From: an uncultured Actinomycetes bacterium
GTDB lineage: Bacteria; Actinomycetota; Acidimicrobiia; Acidimicrobiales; RAAP-2
DNA: 64,000 bases
Direction: 5' to 3'
Assembly (NCBI GenBank): GCA_903900235.1
Contig: CAIUMH010000133.1
Coordinates: 4,889 to 68,888 of the forward strand
Shown here: piece by piece, positions 47,015 to 56,467 of the stretch
How positions within the stretch are numbered: position 1 is the first letter of the stretch
Layout: each line of letters begins with the position of its first letter
Notes under the pieces: generated by a model
Databases searched by the model: none
What the model was told of the DNA's origin: nothing
Seen by the model: only the letters and a program-made list of their open reading frames with translations
Program-made: the position numbers and the translations under genes

Positions 47015-47764
47015 GTGGCAAAGGCACCGAAGGACGCGCATGAATGGGTCAGTTTCGACTCAACCGAGGAGGAGCGGACGTGGCGCTTCGACCTGACGTA
47101 CCTCGAGAGCAACTGGACCTGCATCTTCGGAGCTGGCTGCCAGGGGGTACTCACCGAGGATGCCAGCGACCTCGTCCAAGGATGCTGCAGCTACGGCGCC
47201 CACCTGCTCGACGACGACGACGTCACCAACACCCTGGCCAAGGCGGCGCTACTCACCAGCGAAGAGTGGCAGTTCAAGGACGAGGCACCAGCCGATCTGA
47301 TCGCCACCAACGATGCAGGGGAGACGACGACCGTTCTGGTCGATGACGCCTGCGTCTTCCTCAATCGTCCCGGCTTCGCAGCCGGGCCCGGCTGCGCCTT
47401 TCACATCGCGGCGGCCAACCACGGCGAGAGCTTCGTCGCTTGGAAACCCGAGGTCTGCTGGCAGCTTCCACTTCGCCGCGAGGACGAGGTTGCCGACGAC
47501 GGCTACATCATCACGTCGGTCGGCCAATGGGAGCGGCGTCACTGGGGGGCCGGTGGCGCCGAGTTCCACTGGTGGTGCTCAGAGGCAGCAGAGGCCTATG
47601 TGGGAAACCAACGGGTGGTCGATTCGATGCGAGACGAACTCGTCGCCACGGTTGGCAAGAAGACCTATGCCCGGCTCCTCGCCTTCATGAACGAGCGAGC
47701 GGAGCGTCTTGCCACCTCCACGCCGCTGCCCCACCCAACGACTCGACGGGCCGTCAAGCCGTAA
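47015..47764 (+). CDS. conserved Cys-rich protein, unknown function (possible metal/Fe-S binding)
   Basis: WTCIFGAGCQGV...QGCCSYGAH...DDACVFLN...GPGCAFH...EVCWQLP...WWC. Coding-like third-position bias. Confidence 0.7.
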   Translation: MAKAPKDAHEWVSFDSTEEERTWRFDLTYLESNWTCIFGAGCQGVLTEDASDLVQGCCSYGAHLLDDDDVTNTLAKAALLTSEEWQFKDEAPADLIATNDAGETTTVLVDDACVFLNRPGFAAGPGCAFHIAAANHGESFVAWKPEVCWQLPLRREDEVADDGYIITSVGQWERRHWGAGGAEFHWWCSEAAEAYVGNQRVVDSMRDELVATVGKKTYARLLAFMNERAERLATSTPLPHPTTRRAVKP

Positions 47765-47776
47765 AGCCGTAAAGCG

Positions 47777-47992
47777 CTAGGAAGGCTCGTCGTCGAGCGG
47801 ATCATGCTCGACGACCGAGGAGCGACCGTCCTCTCCGAGGATGCGATCGTAGGAGTCCTCTTCTGCGAGGCACCATGTCGCGTGGATATCTTCGGGCTCG
47901 GCGCCACACTCGGCACAGGAGACCGCTTCTCCCCCGAATGAGCGCTTGAGGCTGCGGGCCTCTTCGAACCGACGGTGTCGACCCTTTTTCAC
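47777..47992 (-). CDS. small basic/acidic protein with CxxC (71 aa), unknown function
   Basis: VKKGRHRRFEEARSLKR...SCAECG...WC. SD AAGGAG lies 5 nt upstream of GTG 47992. Confidence 0.55.
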   Translation of the reverse strand: MKKGRHRRFEEARSLKRSFGGEAVSCAECGAEPEDIHATWCLAEEDSYDRILGEDGRSSVVEHDPLDDEPS

Positions 47993-48135
47993 GATCACTC
48001 CTTGCTGCCCGGATGTGCTGCCTGCGACAGCGCGAGGCTGCCGACTCCTTTTCGGGGAGGAACGTGCTCCGCCGTCCTCCCGACTGAACTCACATGCTAC
48101 TGCCACCACCGCGCCACCCGCCGCAGCCCCACCGA

Positions 48136-48141
48136 TAACAT
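48136..48141 (+). promoter_or_regulatory. -10 box TAACAT, leaderless start at 48148
   Basis: TAACAT-cggccc-ATG. Confidence 0.45.
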
Positions 48142-48147
48142 CGGCCC

Positions 48148-48375
48148 ATGAGCGAAGCCTTCGATCCCGCCGAGATGATCATCCGCTTCGGCGAGCGGGC
48201 TGCCGCCGTCAAAGAGCGAGGGATGCCTCCGATCGAAGGGCCCGAGCGGGCAGCCTGGATCGCACGAACCAAGCTCGACTTCATGGACTACGCCATGCTC
48301 GCCGATGCCGAGGCTTCCTTGGTCGATGGGATCTTGACGCTTCGGGTCGATCTGCGTCCGCCGGCAGCGACGTGA
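48148..48375 (+). CDS. small hypothetical protein (75 aa)
   Basis: An ORF with the leaderless promoter pattern. I recognise no motif. Confidence 0.55.
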   Translation: MSEAFDPAEMIIRFGERAAAVKERGMPPIEGPERAAWIARTKLDFMDYAMLADAEASLVDGILTLRVDLRPPAAT

Positions 48376-48382
48376 GTACCTC

Positions 48383-48925
48383 CTAGCCGCCGTAGCTCAT
48401 CTTCGTGTCCTCCATACGAAGGACATCGAAGGCTCGCGCGGAGGCTGGGCCATCCACGAATGCCTCAGATGCCGATGCCCCGAGCACCTCGCCGAGGTAG
48501 AGCGTGTGACTCGCAAGACGCGTGCATCCCACCACGGCGAGATCGAGCCACGCCGCAGCCACCGACAACACCGGTGCCCCACTCGCCACGACCTGCACTC
48601 GATGGCCGGACAATTCCTGGGGAGTGCCATGGTCATCGATCACGACGTCGACCACCGGCTTGACGAACCGTCGCACCACCGCTCGATCTGCTCGGGCCAG
48701 CAGCGAAAGTGCCGCCACCTGTCCTTGGTCGAGGAGTGCCTCAGTGACCGAACCGGACTCAACGCTGAAGCCGACCACACGCGGCTCGGTGGCCACCTGG
48801 GTCACGAGGTTGATCGTCATGAGGTTCCACGGCCCCTGGCCGGGCTGCCCCACCGTGCCGAGCACATAGAGCCCTGTCGGCAGCGACCAGAGCACCCGCC
48901 GGGTCACCTCGTCGCCCTCGATCAT
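48383..48925 (-). CDS. flavin reductase-like domain protein
   Basis: LPTGLYVLGT...NLMTINLVTQVATEPRVVGFSVE... is a flavin reductase-like fold pattern. Confidence 0.75.
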   Translation of the reverse strand: MIEGDEVTRRVLWSLPTGLYVLGTVGQPGQGPWNLMTINLVTQVATEPRVVGFSVESGSVTEALLDQGQVAALSLLARADRAVVRRFVKPVVDVVIDDHGTPQELSGHRVQVVASGAPVLSVAAAWLDLAVVGCTRLASHTLYLGEVLGASASEAFVDGPASARAFDVLRMEDTKMSYGG

Positions 48926-49422
48926 GCCGCCGAGCTGGGATCAGAGGGGTTGGTCGTCGAGGTCGACAGCGGATGGCCCATGAGCGATTCTGCCCGAGCC
49001 GCTGCCTGACTGAGCGCCGCAAGACCCTGGTGGCGCTTGCCCTCAAAGGCTGCGATCTGCGTCGGTGCGAAGCCAGAACTTCCGCAGCTCGTGGCGGCGG
49101 CACCAAGGTCGCTGTAGGCCGCGGCCAGCAGCGACGAGAGCACCGTGTCCCCTGAAGCGGGGAGGTCGCCGTTGGCTTGTTGGACCCCCAACAAGAGCAC
49201 GCTGCAGACGGTCTGGCGATCATTGGGATTCGATGTCGGATCAGCAACCAAGCGCTCGATTGTCGCCATCGTGTGCTGGATCGAAGCGATGGATCCCCCG
49301 AGGCCCGTCGCGGTGATCCAACGCTGTGTGGCGTGCTGCTGCGATGCTGCAGTCGTCGGGCCGGCACAGGCCGCCAAGACCATCGATCCCAGGATCAACC
49401 CGGTGATCCGCCGCAGGCTCAC
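48922..49422 (-). CDS. lipoprotein, unknown function
   Basis: Signal peptide with lipobox: MSLRRITGLILGSMVLAAC. There is a GTGA overlap with the tyrS stop. Confidence 0.6.
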   Translation of the reverse strand: MSLRRITGLILGSMVLAACAGPTTAASQQHATQRWITATGLGGSIASIQHTMATIERLVADPTSNPNDRQTVCSVLLLGVQQANGDLPASGDTVLSSLLAAAYSDLGAAATSCGSSGFAPTQIAAFEGKRHQGLAALSQAAARAESLMGHPLSTSTTNPSDPSSAA

Positions 49423-50708
49423 GTCACCGTCACGAGGTGGTAGTTCCGCTTCCCTTTTCGCAGCACCACATAGCGACCGTGCAGCAGGTCTCGTGCTGAC
49501 ACCTCGGCATCAAGGCCGGTTCGCACCACATCGTTGACGAACGCACCGTTCTGCTCGACCGTTCGTCGGGCCTCACCCTTTGACGCAGCGAGGCCGGTGG
49601 TCACGAGCAGATCCACGAGCAGAAGCCCTGGGGCGATGTCGGTCGCCGAGATGCTCGACGTCGGGACGTCATTGATGACGTCAAGGAGCGTCGCCTCGTC
49701 GAGCGTCGAGACCCTCCCGCCAAAGAGCGCTGCTGACGCATCGATGGCCGCGTCTCGTTGGTCGGCACCGTGCACCAGCGCCACCACCTCCGAGGCCAGC
49801 GCCCGCTGAGCAGCTCGCTCGTGCGGGCGCACCTCGGTGGCGAGATCTAGCGTGGCGATCTCTTCAAGGTCGAGGAAGGTGAAGTAGCGCAGGTAGGTGC
49901 CCACCATCGCGTCCTCGACGCCGAGGAGGAACTGATAGAGCCGATAGGGACTGGTGCGGGCAGCGTCGAGCCAGACCGACTCGTTCCCCGACTCAGACTT
50001 ACCGAACTTGGTCCCGTCAGCCTTGGTCACCAGCGGTGCCGTCAGTCCATAGGCCTCGCCACCGGATCGCCTATGGATCAACTCGATACCCATCGTGATG
50101 TTGCCCCACTGATCCGAGCCGCCAATCTGCAAGGTGCACCCGTGATCCTCGTTCAGGCGAGCAAAGTCATAGGCCTGCAGGAGCATGTAGGAGAACTCGG
50201 TGTAGGTGATCCCTTGGTCAGGGCGCTCCAGGCGCGACCGGACCGATTCCTTGGCCACCATCTGATTCACGGTGAAGTTCTTGCCGATGTCGCGGAGGAA
50301 CTCGAGTACGGTCAGCGGGCTCAACCATGCGGCGTTGTCGAGCAGCAAGGCCTGGGACGATCCCGCCGAGTCGTCAAAGTCGAGGAATCGGGCGAGCTGC
50401 CCCCGAATCGCCTCGACATTGGTCGCGATGTCCTCGACGCTGAGCAGGGGACGCTCTGCCGACTTTCCGCCGGGATCGCCGATCATCCCCGTGCCTCCAC
50501 CGGCGAGGGCAATCGGCCGGTGTCCCGCGAGCTGGAGGCGACGAAGGGTGCACAGCTGGAGCAGGTGGCCAATATGGAGACTGTCAGCCGTCGGGTCGAA
50601 GCCGGCGTAGACGCAGAGGCCTCCGGCATCAAGGCGATCGAACAATGCCTCGTCCGTGACCTGATGGATCAGGCCTCGCGCTCTGAGGTCCTCAGTGATG
50701 GTCAGCAC
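49419..50708 (-). CDS. tyrS: tyrosine--tRNA ligase
   Basis: HIGH motif (SLHIGHL), KFGKS motif and a C-terminal S4-like domain. Confidence 0.95.
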   Translation of the reverse strand: MLTITEDLRARGLIHQVTDEALFDRLDAGGLCVYAGFDPTADSLHIGHLLQLCTLRRLQLAGHRPIALAGGGTGMIGDPGGKSAERPLLSVEDIATNVEAIRGQLARFLDFDDSAGSSQALLLDNAAWLSPLTVLEFLRDIGKNFTVNQMVAKESVRSRLERPDQGITYTEFSYMLLQAYDFARLNEDHGCTLQIGGSDQWGNITMGIELIHRRSGGEAYGLTAPLVTKADGTKFGKSESGNESVWLDAARTSPYRLYQFLLGVEDAMVGTYLRYFTFLDLEEIATLDLATEVRPHERAAQRALASEVVALVHGADQRDAAIDASAALFGGRVSTLDEATLLDVINDVPTSSISATDIAPGLLLVDLLVTTGLAASKGEARRTVEQNGAFVNDVVRTGLDAEVSARDLLHGRYVVLRKGKRNYHLVTVT

Positions 50709-50754
50709 GGCTCAAGTCTGCCAGAGGGCGGCGCCCGGCTCGACCAGCGCACGG

Positions 50755-50760
50755 TAGCGT
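50755..50760 (+). promoter_or_regulatory. -10 box TAGCGT, leaderless start at 50767
   Basis: TAGCGT-tcgggg-GTG. Confidence 0.5.
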
Positions 50761-50766
50761 TCGGGG

Positions 50767-52140
50767 GTGACCGCTGCAGAGAACCTGATCCAGCTCCCGC
50801 CGCTGGTGCCGTCGAGTACAGCGTCGCTGAGCGGCGGACGGGCACCGGTTCGAACCGAAGCCGACGAGGACGGGCCGTTCACCATCGCCGGTGTCGTGCC
50901 GCCCGTGCTCGACGGTCTGCTGCTGCTACTTGGTCCCAATCCGATGTGGGTCGATGACGTCGACTCCCACCACAGCGATGACGGGGACGGCATGGTCCAC
51001 GCCATCTCCCTCTCCGAAGGTCGGCCCACTTCGACCCGATCTCGCTTCGTCCGCACACGCACCCTCGCTCGTCGATGGGGCGCACAGTCCCCACCAGGGC
51101 CGCTGAACCTGGCGGGACCCCTGGCGAATCGCTCATTGGTTGTCGTTGCTGACCGGATGCTTGCCCTTGACGGTCGAGGCTTCGGATATCGGTTGACCAG
51201 CGGCCTCGACACCGCGCTCGTCGAGGACTTCGAAACCATGCTCTCGACCACCATGGGCTCGTGCGTGGTCGTGGACCCACCCACGGGTCGGTCGACCTTT
51301 CTCGGCTCCGGGTTTCGAGGTCCCGACGGCCTCGTCCTCACCGAGCTCGGCGCAGATGGGATCATCGGACGCACCACCCCACTCCCCCTGCCATATCAGC
51401 CCGATGACCCGCCGATCGAGGTACTCGACGACCTCGTGGCCATCGGCCTCGGCAGCCATGCGCTGACATGGCGCAGCGAGGAGCACACGGGTGATCCGAA
51501 CCTTGTCTTCGACCTCGAGCGCCCCTCAGCCATCGGCCTGCTTCCTCGAGGCGGTACATCGGGAGACGTCCGCTGGTGCTCGACGGTGCCAGGAGTCTTC
51601 ACTGCGTTCGTCTCGTTGATCGCCAGTGGAACCGGGGCTGATGGCGTGGTGCTGCGGCGAGACCCCAGCCCGGGTGACGATGGTGCATGGCGGCCTGAGC
51701 GCACCGGGGGCTGGCTCACATCGTTCCAGGCCGATACACGCATGCAGTCGCTCCGCCTAGAAGCCCTCGATGACCTCGAGCTCCTAGGGGTGGCCATCGA
51801 CCCTGTCGCCGCTCCCGATATTCGTCGGTATGCCTATGGCGTTACCGCCGACCACTCGGTGATCATCAAGTACAACTTCCGCAATGGTTCCACCACCCGG
51901 ACCGAACTCCCCGAGCACCTCCTCGCCGGACACCCGCTGTTCTGGCGAGATCCCGAGGGTCGCAGCGACGAGGAGGGATGGCTGCTGGTCCCGTGCTTCG
52001 ATCGCTCGACGCACTGCACTGCGCTGATGATCTTCGATGCCACCCACACCGCCGCCGAGCCTGAGGCGATCATCGGCATGCCGACACGGATTCCGCTCGA
52101 CGCCAAGGGCCTCTTCCTGCCCCGAGCCCAGGGTCGCTAA
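50767..52140 (+). CDS. carotenoid cleavage oxygenase family protein
   Basis: RAPVRTE...GVVPPVLDGLLLLLGPNP...DDGDGMVHAISL is typical of the RPE65/CCD family N-terminus. Confidence 0.8.
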   Translation: MTAAENLIQLPPLVPSSTASLSGGRAPVRTEADEDGPFTIAGVVPPVLDGLLLLLGPNPMWVDDVDSHHSDDGDGMVHAISLSEGRPTSTRSRFVRTRTLARRWGAQSPPGPLNLAGPLANRSLVVVADRMLALDGRGFGYRLTSGLDTALVEDFETMLSTTMGSCVVVDPPTGRSTFLGSGFRGPDGLVLTELGADGIIGRTTPLPLPYQPDDPPIEVLDDLVAIGLGSHALTWRSEEHTGDPNLVFDLERPSAIGLLPRGGTSGDVRWCSTVPGVFTAFVSLIASGTGADGVVLRRDPSPGDDGAWRPERTGGWLTSFQADTRMQSLRLEALDDLELLGVAIDPVAAPDIRRYAYGVTADHSVIIKYNFRNGSTTRTELPEHLLAGHPLFWRDPEGRSDEEGWLLVPCFDRSTHCTALMIFDATHTAAEPEAIIGMPTRIPLDAKGLFLPRAQGR

Positions 52141-53852
52141 CTCAGTCCCGCCGAGGAAGCGGCCCCGAGCGCTTTCGATACCAGCTCAGCGTGCATGTTC
52201 ACGTTGGTGTCGTGGTCGGGAAGTCCGCAGACGATCACCGTCATTCCTGCTCGGCCAATCGAGTCGATGATGGACGAGACCAGCGTCGCCTGATCGTTCA
52301 CCTCATGGACTCGAAGGCCGAAGCCCCGTGCGACATCGGCCGGCCGTGGGCTGCGCGGTGTCGTGAAGAGCTCGCGGAATGTCGACTCGGGCACCAGTGA
52401 TCGCTGGGGTAGGAACGAGAAGATTCCTCCGCCGGCATTGTCGAGCACCACCACGGTCAGCGACCCCACGCCGTCGCCGAGCCCCTCGACCAGAGCCGAG
52501 ACATCATGAAGGAAGGTGAGGTCTCCCACCACTGCGACCACCGGCAACTCGTCGCCCAAGGCCACCCCTATCGCCGTCGAGACCACCCCATCGATGCCGT
52601 TGGCGCCTCGGTTGGCGTGCACCACCGACGGCCGAGCGGTCCGGCCACCGAACCACTCGAGATCACGCACCGGCATCGAAGATGAGACGACGACGGTGAC
52701 CGGCTCGTCAAGCTGAGCAATCGATCGAAGGACCGCCGGCTCACTCCATGCCGATTCGCCGAGTTGCTCGGAGAAGGATCCGTCGATCGTCCGCTGGAGG
52801 CTGGCCCACGTCTCGAGCCAGCCCTCGTCGATCGGTCCTTGGTTCCAAAGGATGGGCCACACCCCGTCCGGCCGGCCCATGACGAGGTCGGCGGCAAGCT
52901 GCGCCGGATGACGGTGGACCGCCCCGTCACCCACCAGCACCAGCGAGGCTCCGCCACGGGCCGCTTCATCGATCCACTCGGCCACAACCTTCGAGGCCCC
53001 CGGTGCTCCAGCGAGCACGATGACGTCAGGCCGCAGTGAGGCAGCGAGATGTTCGTCGCGCAGGATCGTGTCGGCCACGGTGATCACCACGGGGTCCTCG
53101 CTTCGGCAACCCGAACGTGGGTCAGCGATGACCGGCCACCCCAGCCGATGTCCAGCAGCCAGCACGTCTTCGGCCGGACCAGCATCTGCACCGACCACGA
53201 TCAGGCCCCGTCCGCTCGGGAGCGTCATGCGCTCTGTGGACGAAGAGGGTTGCCCAGCGATCGAGAACCATGGCCGACCCCCCGATCGACCCGATGGCTG
53301 AGCACCGGGCTCCGCCACCAGCGGCTCGACGAAGGGAAGGTTGATCACCACTGGTCCCGGATGGACGCCAGCCGTGGCGTCGAGGACCAGTCGACTGACC
53401 AGCGGTCGCCAGGCGCTCAGAGGAAGCGCATGCACTGGTCCCGGATCGATCGCCGAGAGGACGTGGGCGCCGAAGATGCCATGCTGATCGATCGTCTGGG
53501 GTGCGCCGACCCCGTGAAGCTCAGGTGGACGATCAGCGGTGGCCACAATCAATGGAACACGATCCAGATGGGCCTCAACGACGCCGGCATGAAGTTCCGC
53601 AGCCGCCGTGCCTGACGTCACGAGCACCAGAACCGCACGACCAGTCGAGCGGGCGAGGCCCAGTGCGACGAAACACGCCGAGCGCTCGTCGAGGCGAATG
53701 TGCCGACGAAGCGGGCTGGCGGCGATGGCGAGTGCCAATGGCGTCGACCGTGATCCGGGTGAGACCACGGCATCGGTGACCCCAGCTCGCACGAGCTCAT
53801 CAACGAAGGTTTCGCAAAACGCTGCCTGGATCGGTCCTGTGGCTACGCTCAC
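52137..53852 (-). CDS. menD: 2-succinyl-5-enolpyruvyl-6-hydroxy-3-cyclohexene-1-carboxylate synthase
   Basis: FVDELVRAGVTDAVVSPGSRSTPLA...IDERSACFVALGLA and the ThDP motif GDLTFLHD. SD GAGGAGG lies 8 nt upstream of GTG 53852. Confidence 0.9.
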   Translation of the reverse strand: MSVATGPIQAAFCETFVDELVRAGVTDAVVSPGSRSTPLALAIAASPLRRHIRLDERSACFVALGLARSTGRAVLVLVTSGTAAAELHAGVVEAHLDRVPLIVATADRPPELHGVGAPQTIDQHGIFGAHVLSAIDPGPVHALPLSAWRPLVSRLVLDATAGVHPGPVVINLPFVEPLVAEPGAQPSGRSGGRPWFSIAGQPSSSTERMTLPSGRGLIVVGADAGPAEDVLAAGHRLGWPVIADPRSGCRSEDPVVITVADTILRDEHLAASLRPDVIVLAGAPGASKVVAEWIDEAARGGASLVLVGDGAVHRHPAQLAADLVMGRPDGVWPILWNQGPIDEGWLETWASLQRTIDGSFSEQLGESAWSEPAVLRSIAQLDEPVTVVVSSSMPVRDLEWFGGRTARPSVVHANRGANGIDGVVSTAIGVALGDELPVVAVVGDLTFLHDVSALVEGLGDGVGSLTVVVLDNAGGGIFSFLPQRSLVPESTFRELFTTPRSPRPADVARGFGLRVHEVNDQATLVSSIIDSIGRAGMTVIVCGLPDHDTNVNMHAELVSKALGAASSAGLS

Positions 53853-53857
53853 CTGAC

Positions 53858-54610
53858 ATGCCTCCTCTCGTCACCCGCACCTGGGGGGACGGTCCCCCGC
53901 TGGTCCTGCTCCATGGTTTCACGCAGACGGCCGCCGCATGGGGGCCCTTCGGCCAGCTCCTGGGTTGCCATCGGACCATCGTGGCCGTTGATCTCCCCGG
54001 ACATGGCGGGTCGGCGAGCATCGCAGCCGATCTCGAGGAGACGGCCGATCGGGTCCTCGAACTGTTCGATGACGAACCGTTCGATCTCCTTGGCTATTCG
54101 CTGGGTGGTCGTGTGGCGCTCACGCTCGCCCTCACGCGGCCAGGACGGCTTTCCTCGCTCATCCTCGTCGGCAGCACTGCCGGCATCCAGGATCCCGTCG
54201 AAGCAGCCGATCGACGACGGCGTGACGAGGCGCTGGCCACCCTGATCGAGGCCGAAGATGACGTACCTGCCTTTGTGGAGCGATGGCTCGCTCAGGAGCT
54301 CTTCGCCGACCTTGGTACCAAGGAGGCCGAGCTCGACGCCCGTCTCGCCAACACTGCAGCTGGACTCGCCGACAGCCTGCGGCGGTCGGGTGCCGGCACG
54401 CAGGTGCCGCGTTGGGACCAACTGGCAGGCCTGACCATCCCAACCCTGGTGATCGCCGGTGAAGACGACCAGAAATACTCCGCCCTCGGTCGTCGGATGG
54501 TCGACCTGCTCCCCGATGGGCGCCTGGTCCTCATCGCAGGGGCCGGCCACGCCTGCCACCTGACGCGGCCGTCCGATACGGCAGCCGTGGTGGAGGGTTG
54601 GCTGGGCTGA
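53858..54610 (+). CDS. menH: alpha/beta hydrolase, probable SHCHC synthase
   Basis: PLVLLHGFTQTAAAW and nucleophile elbow GYSLGG, in men-cluster context. Confidence 0.7.
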   Translation: MPPLVTRTWGDGPPLVLLHGFTQTAAAWGPFGQLLGCHRTIVAVDLPGHGGSASIAADLEETADRVLELFDDEPFDLLGYSLGGRVALTLALTRPGRLSSLILVGSTAGIQDPVEAADRRRRDEALATLIEAEDDVPAFVERWLAQELFADLGTKEAELDARLANTAAGLADSLRRSGAGTQVPRWDQLAGLTIPTLVIAGEDDQKYSALGRRMVDLLPDGRLVLIAGAGHACHLTRPSDTAAVVEGWLG

Positions 54611-54618
54611 GCCCAGCC

Positions 54619-55500
54619 TCACGCGTTTGCCAGGCCAACGGCCAGCAGCGCTCCCACGAGGAGCTGCGCACGGGCTGCGGCGGGAAGCATGGCCAGCAAC
54701 TCAGGACCCTGGGCGTCAGAGAGGGCCAGTCGGCACAGCGGTACCAGTGGCCCGAGACCAAGGAACGCCACGGCAGCCCACGGTCGCCATAGCGTTGCCA
54801 GCGCGATTCCCGCCGCCACACCCACGCACAGAACCACGACGAAGTATCCCGCCTGGACGCGGCCGAGCCGGACGGCGATGGTCCGCTTTCCTGAAACGGT
54901 GTCGCCGGTGATATCGCGCAGATTGTTGGCCTCGAGCAGGATGGTGGCCAGCAGGCCCACCGTCACGGCTGCGGGCCAGACCACCGTGGGGATGCTCAGC
55001 AGCTCGATATAGGACGATCCCGCTGTGGCGAGCAGGCCGAAGAAGACGAAGACGAAGATCTCACCGAGGCCGAGATAGCCATACGGGCGAGGGCCGCCGG
55101 TGTAGAGCCAGCCGGCCAGGACGGCGGCGGCTCCGAACGGGAGCAACCAATAGGTGGTCATCGAGCAGATGATCAGACCAGCCACCATCGCCACGAGGAA
55201 CGATGCCATCGCTGCCCACCGCACGGCGTTCGGGCTCGCCAGACCTTGGCCGACCAAGCGGACCGGCCCCACTCGGCGCTGATCGGTCCCACGGATGCCG
55301 TCGGAGTAGTCGTTGGCGTAATTGGTGCCGATCTGTAACGCCAACGCCACAATCAGAGCCAACAGTGCCCTGCTCTCGTGCACCTCATAGGGTCGGACAG
55401 CGATGGTTCCGACGACGACCGGGACGATGGCAGCCGGGAGGGTCCGGGGACGGGCCCCGGCCACCCACTGCTTCAGCGTCGCCCTGGACTCGATCGTCAC
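54619..55500 (-). CDS. menA: 1,4-dihydroxy-2-naphthoate polyprenyltransferase
   Basis: UbiA-family polytopic protein with [14 protein letters not shown]. Confidence 0.9.
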   Translation of the reverse strand: MTIESRATLKQWVAGARPRTLPAAIVPVVVGTIAVRPYEVHESRALLALIVALALQIGTNYANDYSDGIRGTDQRRVGPVRLVGQGLASPNAVRWAAMASFLVAMVAGLIICSMTTYWLLPFGAAAVLAGWLYTGGPRPYGYLGLGEIFVFVFFGLLATAGSSYIELLSIPTVVWPAAVTVGLLATILLEANNLRDITGDTVSGKRTIAVRLGRVQAGYFVVVLCVGVAAGIALATLWRPWAAVAFLGLGPLVPLCRLALSDAQGPELLAMLPAAARAQLLVGALLAVGLANA

Positions 55501-56411
55501 GGGCGGCGCGGAAAACGGCTGAAGTCAGGACGACGGTGCTCCACGAAGGCATTGCGACCCTCCTGGCCTTCCTCTGACATGTAGAACAACATGGTGGCGT
55601 CACCGGCGAGCTGCTGGACACCGGCGAGACCATCATCGGCAGCGTTGAAGCCAGCCTTGAGCATTCGAAGCGCCATTGGTGAGAGGCTCAGGATCTGGCG
55701 ACACCAAGCGACCGTCTCGGCCTCAAGGTCCGCCAGGGGAACGACGACGTTGACCAGGCCCCAGTCAAGGGCCGTCTCCGCGTCGTATTGCCGACAGAGG
55801 AACCACACCTCCTTGGCACGCTTGAGGCCGATGGTGCGAGCGAGGAGGCTCGATCCGTACCCCCCGTCAAAGCTTCCGACCATGGGTCCGGTTTGGCCGA
55901 ATCGGGCATTGTCAGCGGCGAGCGAGAGGTCGCAGACCAGATGCAAGATGTGTCCGCCACCGATGGCGTAGCCCGCCACCATGGCGATCACCGGCTTGGG
56001 AATCCGGCGGATCAGGATCTGCAGGTCCAGCACGTTGAGTCGGCCCACGCCCTGCTTCGCCACTTCATCGTCGCCGATGTAGCCATCCTCGCCACGAATC
56101 TTCTGGTCACCGCCGGAGCAGAATGCATCGGGGCCCTTTCCGGTGAGCACGATGACCCCCACCGAGATGTCGTCGCGAGCTCGACCGAAGGCATCGGTCA
56201 GTTCGAAGAGCGTCTGGGGACGAAAGGCGTTGCGACGCTCGGGTCGACAGATGGTGATCTTGGCGATCCCCTCGGCCACCTCGTAGGTGATGTCACCAAA
56301 GTCACCCGATCGTTCCCACGCAGGGAGGGGGAGGTGGCGGAAGTCGTCGACCGGGTCATGGGGAGGTCCGGTGATCACGGTTGCAGGAGTCTCGTCAGTC
56401 ACGATGCCCAC
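55497..56411 (-). CDS. menB: 1,4-dihydroxy-2-naphthoyl-CoA synthase (alternative leaderless start GTG 56402)
   Basis: Crotonase fold with FCSGGDQ...GYAIGGGH...[11 protein letters not shown]. Confidence 0.95.
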   Translation of the reverse strand: MGIVTDETPATVITGPPHDPVDDFRHLPLPAWERSGDFGDITYEVAEGIAKITICRPERRNAFRPQTLFELTDAFGRARDDISVGVIVLTGKGPDAFCSGGDQKIRGEDGYIGDDEVAKQGVGRLNVLDLQILIRRIPKPVIAMVAGYAIGGGHILHLVCDLSLAADNARFGQTGPMVGSFDGGYGSSLLARTIGLKRAKEVWFLCRQYDAETALDWGLVNVVVPLADLEAETVAWCRQILSLSPMALRMLKAGFNAADDGLAGVQQLAGDATMLFYMSEEGQEGRNAFVEHRRPDFSRFPRRP

Positions 56412-56467
56412 GCTACCGGGGCGCGCTCTGCGTCCTGTCGAACTTGAGGAACCTAGGCTGGATCGAC

